A stretch of DNA of 64,000 bases. It comes from an uncultured Candidatus Saccharibacteria bacterium. GTDB taxonomy: Bacteria > Patescibacteriota > Minisyncoccia > Phycocordibacterales > UBA9973. The position numbers and the translations under genes are program-made. The notes beneath the pieces were generated by a model. It searched no databases. It had not been told where the DNA came from and worked only from the letters and a program-made list of their open reading frames with translations. Below, one piece after another: positions 60,724-64,000 of this stretch (position 1 is its first letter; each line of letters begins with the position of its first letter). The stretch covers positions 209 through 64,208 of the forward strand of contig CAYNHU010000001.1 in assembly GCA_964397435.1 (NCBI GenBank). Reading direction: 5' to 3'.

Positions 60724-61104
60724 TTATTGACAGCCAGGTGTAAGAGGATCGTTGTCGATCACACAGGGGATCTGACTTGAGTTAAGTGTACCGCCACCAA
60801 CACCGAAGAGTGTCTGGAGAGCAGCTACGAGACCCCAGATTGAGAGGATCACAAAGAGACCAATAACACCGTAGAAAATAGCGTTCTTTGCTTTTGCACG
60901 CTCTTCTTCGTTTGTTTTTGTAACGAAACTGATGATTGCCCATGCGATGTAAAGGAAACCGAGGGTAATCAAAACTGGCATCAAGTAACTAAGCACTTTC
61001 TGCAAGATGTTCAAGAGCGCAAACAACTGTGTTGCGTCCTGAGCGAAAGCAACAAATGGTGTAAACGCAAGTGCGATCAATCCTGCTTTTTTCAAATTCT
61101 TCAT
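60724..61104 (-). CDS. Pilin-like secreted protein, paralog 2 (signal peptide + two-helix module, VirB2/TrbC-like topology)
   Basis: 126 aa; signal peptide, helix, TKTNEEERAKAKNA loop, helix, Gly-rich tail. Confidence 0.55.
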   Translation of the reverse strand: MKNLKKAGLIALAFTPFVAFAQDATQLFALLNILQKVLSYLMPVLITLGFLYIAWAIISFVTKTNEEERAKAKNAIFYGVIGLFVILSIWGLVAALQTLFGVGGGTLNSSQIPCVIDNDPLTPGCQ

Positions 61105-61198
61105 ACTATGAATTACTAAAAACTAATAATGTGACCTTATACCTATACACCTAGTATACCATAAGCAACTCCCCTGTATGCAAGTGAGTTACCCACAT

Positions 61199-61831
61199 TT
61201 AGATGCCGAACAACATTCGCATTGCACCAACAATACCCCAAACAGAAAGCATCACGAACAGTGCGAGCACGCCCCAAAGCATAATCTGTTTGGACTTCTT
61301 GCGTTCCTCAACTGAATCAGCAGAAAGTACATACTGAACTACTCCCCAGGTGAAATAGAGTGACGCAAAACTAATCGCAATCGTAATCAAAAAATTATTA
61401 ATGACACACGTTGCGACAATAAAAATATCTCGGAATGTTTTAATACTCACCTTACAGGTAGCAGCCTGAGAAACAGCTGACTGGTTGGTTGCCTTGCCTG
61501 CATTATACAAACCAGTGTTTACATCTGTGTATGATTGGTTTGGATTAAAAATGTCTTTGTTGATTGTATTGTTTGAAGCATTGGCTGCATCTTTTGCACT
61601 TGTATTTGCTGACTGTGCTTGTGTGTTAATCCACTGGTTGTAGATAGAACCACTTGGCAATGAACTGTTAGTTGAACTCGCATTCCACTGAATGTTCTGA
61701 TTGTCAGCAGCACCTTGAGAATATGAACTATCGTAATTTGTTGCCGGTGTTGTTTGAGCAAACACACTCAATGGCAAAAACACACTGAGGGCAATCACAC
61801 TTATGAAACTAATGATTACTTTTGTACGCAT
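61199..61831 (-). CDS. Pilin-like secreted protein, paralog 3, with Asn/Gln/Ser/Thr-rich N-terminal extension
   Basis: 210 aa; signal peptide, low-complexity N/Q/S/T region, C-terminal helix-SADSVEERKKSKQ-helix module. Confidence 0.55.
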   Translation of the reverse strand: MRTKVIISFISVIALSVFLPLSVFAQTTPATNYDSSYSQGAADNQNIQWNASSTNSSLPSGSIYNQWINTQAQSANTSAKDAANASNNTINKDIFNPNQSYTDVNTGLYNAGKATNQSAVSQAATCKVSIKTFRDIFIVATCVINNFLITIAISFASLYFTWGVVQYVLSADSVEERKKSKQIMLWGVLALFVMLSVWGIVGAMRMLFGI

Positions 61832-61839
61832 GGGAAATA

Positions 61840-62244
61840 TTAGGCCATGAACGCCTCAATCGTTGCTTTAATAACTGTTGCAATCATCCACGCTCCAAGC
61901 AATACGCCAGCACCAATGAGTGTGTAGAGCAGTCGTGTTTTTGCTTTTTCAAGTTTCTCACTATTACCGCGAGCGAGCACGAACATCAAACCTGCATAAA
62001 TGATAAAGGCAGCAACGATTGGAATTGCGACTTTAAGAATGATACCAAGCAGTTTAGCAATAAATGATGAGAAATCTGAGACGTTAATTGGGTTCTGAAT
62101 TTTACCAACAGCCTGTGTAGCGGTTGTTTGAGGAGTAGCCGGACCAGCTGATTGACCACCCGCTGCATAGACAAGAGAAACTGGAACGAGCATAACTGCG
62201 AACATTCCCAAACTAACAATGAGTGATGCAAAATATGTTTTCAT
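61840..62244 (-). CDS. Pilin-like secreted protein, paralog 4
   Basis: 134 aa; signal peptide, helix-ARGNSEKLEKAKTR-helix. Confidence 0.55.
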   Translation of the reverse strand: MKTYFASLIVSLGMFAVMLVPVSLVYAAGGQSAGPATPQTTATQAVGKIQNPINVSDFSSFIAKLLGIILKVAIPIVAAFIIYAGLMFVLARGNSEKLEKAKTRLLYTLIGAGVLLGAWMIATVIKATIEAFMA

Positions 62245-62248
62245 ATTA

Positions 62249-63496
62249 TTATAAGAAACTACTATACGCTCCCCCGACGCCGAAGGCAGCTAAAATTGTT
62301 TTGATAATTAAGACCGCCATAAGGATAAATATAAAGCCGATCGCAACGTTGATAAAGATACCTTTCGCTTTTGCACGAGCTTCTTCACTTGCGCCGTTAG
62401 TCAAATACAAGAAACCAGCATACGCAAAGAGTGCTGCAGCAATCGGTACTGTTGCGTAAATCAACCATGTGAGTGCTTTGTTAAACATTGTCATGAGCTC
62501 ATTCCATCCGCAACGAGAAAGCGAAAGTCGTCCGTCGCACGGAACGAGTCCGCCTGACATATCAGGTGATGTATTCTTGGCTACTTTTGATGATACTGGT
62601 ACGAGTGGTTGTGTTGGGGTTGTTGGGGTTATTGGCGTAGTTGGAGTTGTAGACGCACCAAACATACCGGTAACATACTCGTTGCCTTCCTCATCAATCA
62701 AACGATAGCTGATTGTTTTTGGGTCGATAGTAAAACTCTGACTATCAACGACAAATCCCTGTGTTGTTGGGAGTGTATAGGTAAGTGTCTGTGGTGCGGT
62801 TGCTCCAACAGATCGAGTACCAAAGTTTGGGACTTCACCAGAGAAAAAGATACTCGCATGATACGTAAGTACAAAGTCTGCATCATGTCCTGATGCGGGA
62901 GTGTCGTAAATTGTGAATGTGACTGTCAGACCATCGCTACTTACGGATGGAACAACAGTGAGACCATTAACAACGCCTGCGCCATATGTCGGTGATGTTG
63001 GTGTTGTGGGCGTGGTTGGAGTTGTTGGTGTAGTTGGAGTTGTTGACGGAACAACAAACGTACCAGTGTGATATACCTTGCCGAGTGCAACGTCACGGAT
63101 TTCGTATGTGTAGTTTGTACCTGCAGCCATTCCTGTGTATGGAACTTCAATAGTAACTTCTGTTTTTTTGTTTGCCGGTGTGTTTGCGGCTCGTGTTCCA
63201 ATACCAGACACAGTATGAACATCTGCCACATCGCCTGTTGGCCACCAGACACCAATGAAATCAATTTTTGCATCAGTAGCTCCTGTCGCCCAAAAACTTT
63301 GAATGAATGTTGTATCTGCTTGTCCAGGATACTGATTAGCAATATCAGTTGTCGGATCAACGACAACGGTATTTACGTTCTGTGCCCACACTGGAATCGA
63401 ACCAAAAAGTGCAGTGAGTATAAGTATGCCAAGTACAACAATAATCGATAGGTATCGAGTAATGTGTGTGCTGTGATTGCATAAGTATGTTTTCAT
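62249..63496 (-). CDS. Pilin-like secreted protein, paralog 5, with two Ig-like extracellular domains joined by (TPTTP)n linkers
   Basis: 415 aa; signal anchor, two homologous beta-rich domains each followed by TPTTPTTP repeats, C-terminal helix-TNGASEEARAKAKG-helix module. Confidence 0.55.
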   Translation of the reverse strand: MKTYLCNHSTHITRYLSIIVVLGILILTALFGSIPVWAQNVNTVVVDPTTDIANQYPGQADTTFIQSFWATGATDAKIDFIGVWWPTGDVADVHTVSGIGTRAANTPANKKTEVTIEVPYTGMAAGTNYTYEIRDVALGKVYHTGTFVVPSTTPTTPTTPTTPTTPTSPTYGAGVVNGLTVVPSVSSDGLTVTFTIYDTPASGHDADFVLTYHASIFFSGEVPNFGTRSVGATAPQTLTYTLPTTQGFVVDSQSFTIDPKTISYRLIDEEGNEYVTGMFGASTTPTTPITPTTPTQPLVPVSSKVAKNTSPDMSGGLVPCDGRLSLSRCGWNELMTMFNKALTWLIYATVPIAAALFAYAGFLYLTNGASEEARAKAKGIFINVAIGFIFILMAVLIIKTILAAFGVGGAYSSFL

Positions 63497-63539
63497 GTCT
63501 TTATATATGATACCGCGAATAGGTATTGGTCACAAGTAA

Positions 63540-64000
63540 TTATTTACCAAAAATGACCGAGAATTTACTCTGGGCATTACCAACCGCTTCGACAATTGTA
63601 GCTGCTCCACGAACAACATCATCAACCATTCCATTAAAAATACGGTTCGTATCATCCATACCCGGGTCATACCATCCACGAGCGATGATTGCTGACTGGT
63701 ATAAAACTGGCGCAATACTTGTTTGTGGGACCTGACTCAACAAATCGCGACGAGCTGGCGCAACTGGAGCAGCGGTGTTCAACCCTTCAACAACTTTTTT
63801 AGCAAAATCAGCACCTGTTAAATCAGAAGCAACATACATTGCGGTTGAGAGGTTTCGACTCGCTTTAATAACAGCAAGCGCCTGTGTTTTACCAAATGTA
63901 ATCTGTGTGCCTGTCGTAGTTGCTTGCGGAACTTTTGCAATATCAAAGTTAAGGTTTGGGTTTTGCGCAACAATTGACGGCAATTCACTTGCATACCCAA
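63540..64000 (-). CDS. Hypothetical protein, 5'-partial (ORF open to window edge)
   Basis: Frame stays open upstream of the TTG at 63983 to the end of the window. Confidence 0.35.
   Translation of the reverse strand, partial: GYASELPSIVAQNPNLNFDIAKVPQATTTGTQITFGKTQALAVIKASRNLSTAMYVASDLTGADFAKKVVEGLNTAAPVAPARRDLLSQVPQTSIAPVLYQSAIIARGWYDPGMDDTNRIFNGMVDDVVRGAATIVEAVGNAQSKFSVIFGK

Noticed and set aside
1-64000. CRISPR arrays, rRNA genes, integrases, transposases
   Set aside because: No regularly spaced direct repeats with unique spacers, no rRNA-like segments, and no integrase or transposase ORFs were seen; the only tandem repeats are the TGTCTTG x3 and the coding low-complexity repeats.

Overview
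This 64-kb window comes from a compact, gene-dense bacterial genome with about 42% GC and standard genetic code. Most genes lie on the minus strand. The content is mostly housekeeping genes. There is a division/cell-wall block (mraZ-rsmH-ftsL-ftsI-murF) and a second peptidoglycan block (PBP2 and a FemAB-family transferase). Other housekeeping genes include alr fused to a tandem double ddl, a third ddl, uvrA, uvrC, lysS, greA, dnaX, purA, guaB, dus, serS, dprA-topA, psd, rel, parB, miaA, rpmG, clpB, iscS and infB-rbfA. Ten tRNA genes were folded by eye: Ala, Glu, Gln, Leu(CAA), Trp, Tyr, Cys, Leu(UAA), Leu(UAG) and Lys. Several proteins are noticeably short (DnaX 358 aa, UvrC 414 aa, Rel 487 aa, IF-2 506 aa). 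Together with many small two-helix secreted proteins, this fits a reduced-genome monoderm lineage such as Patescibacteria/CPR, but that placement cannot be confirmed from sequence alone. The accessory content worth a second look is as follows. (1) The 3' end of the window (60.4-63.5 kb) holds five tandem paralogous genes for secreted proteins sharing a C-terminal two-helix 'pilin-like' module, next to a His-rich polytopic membrane protein. (2) An AT-rich islet beside tRNA-Glu encodes a protein with a C-terminal Rx4H (HEPN-like) motif plus two small membrane proteins. (3) A LAGLIDADG homing endonuclease gene sits inside the tRNA cluster directly after tRNA-Leu(UAA) and is interrupted by an in-frame TGA. 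(4) One polypeptide carries two fused Ddl modules. (5) A BclA-like collagen-repeat protein has a signal-peptide-like sequence that lacks a start codon. (6) An EmrA-like membrane fusion protein is split into two genes in a marR-MFP-MFP-MFS operon. (7) A trypsin-fold protein has both His and Ser of the catalytic triad substituted. (8) Regulatory DNA includes GTGGG direct repeats upstream of mraZ, a GAAC-N4-GTTC palindrome, a MarR-type operator palindrome and a family of conserved terminator hairpins. No CRISPR array, rRNA, integrase or transposase was found. Coordinates were counted by hand and may be off by 1-2 nt.
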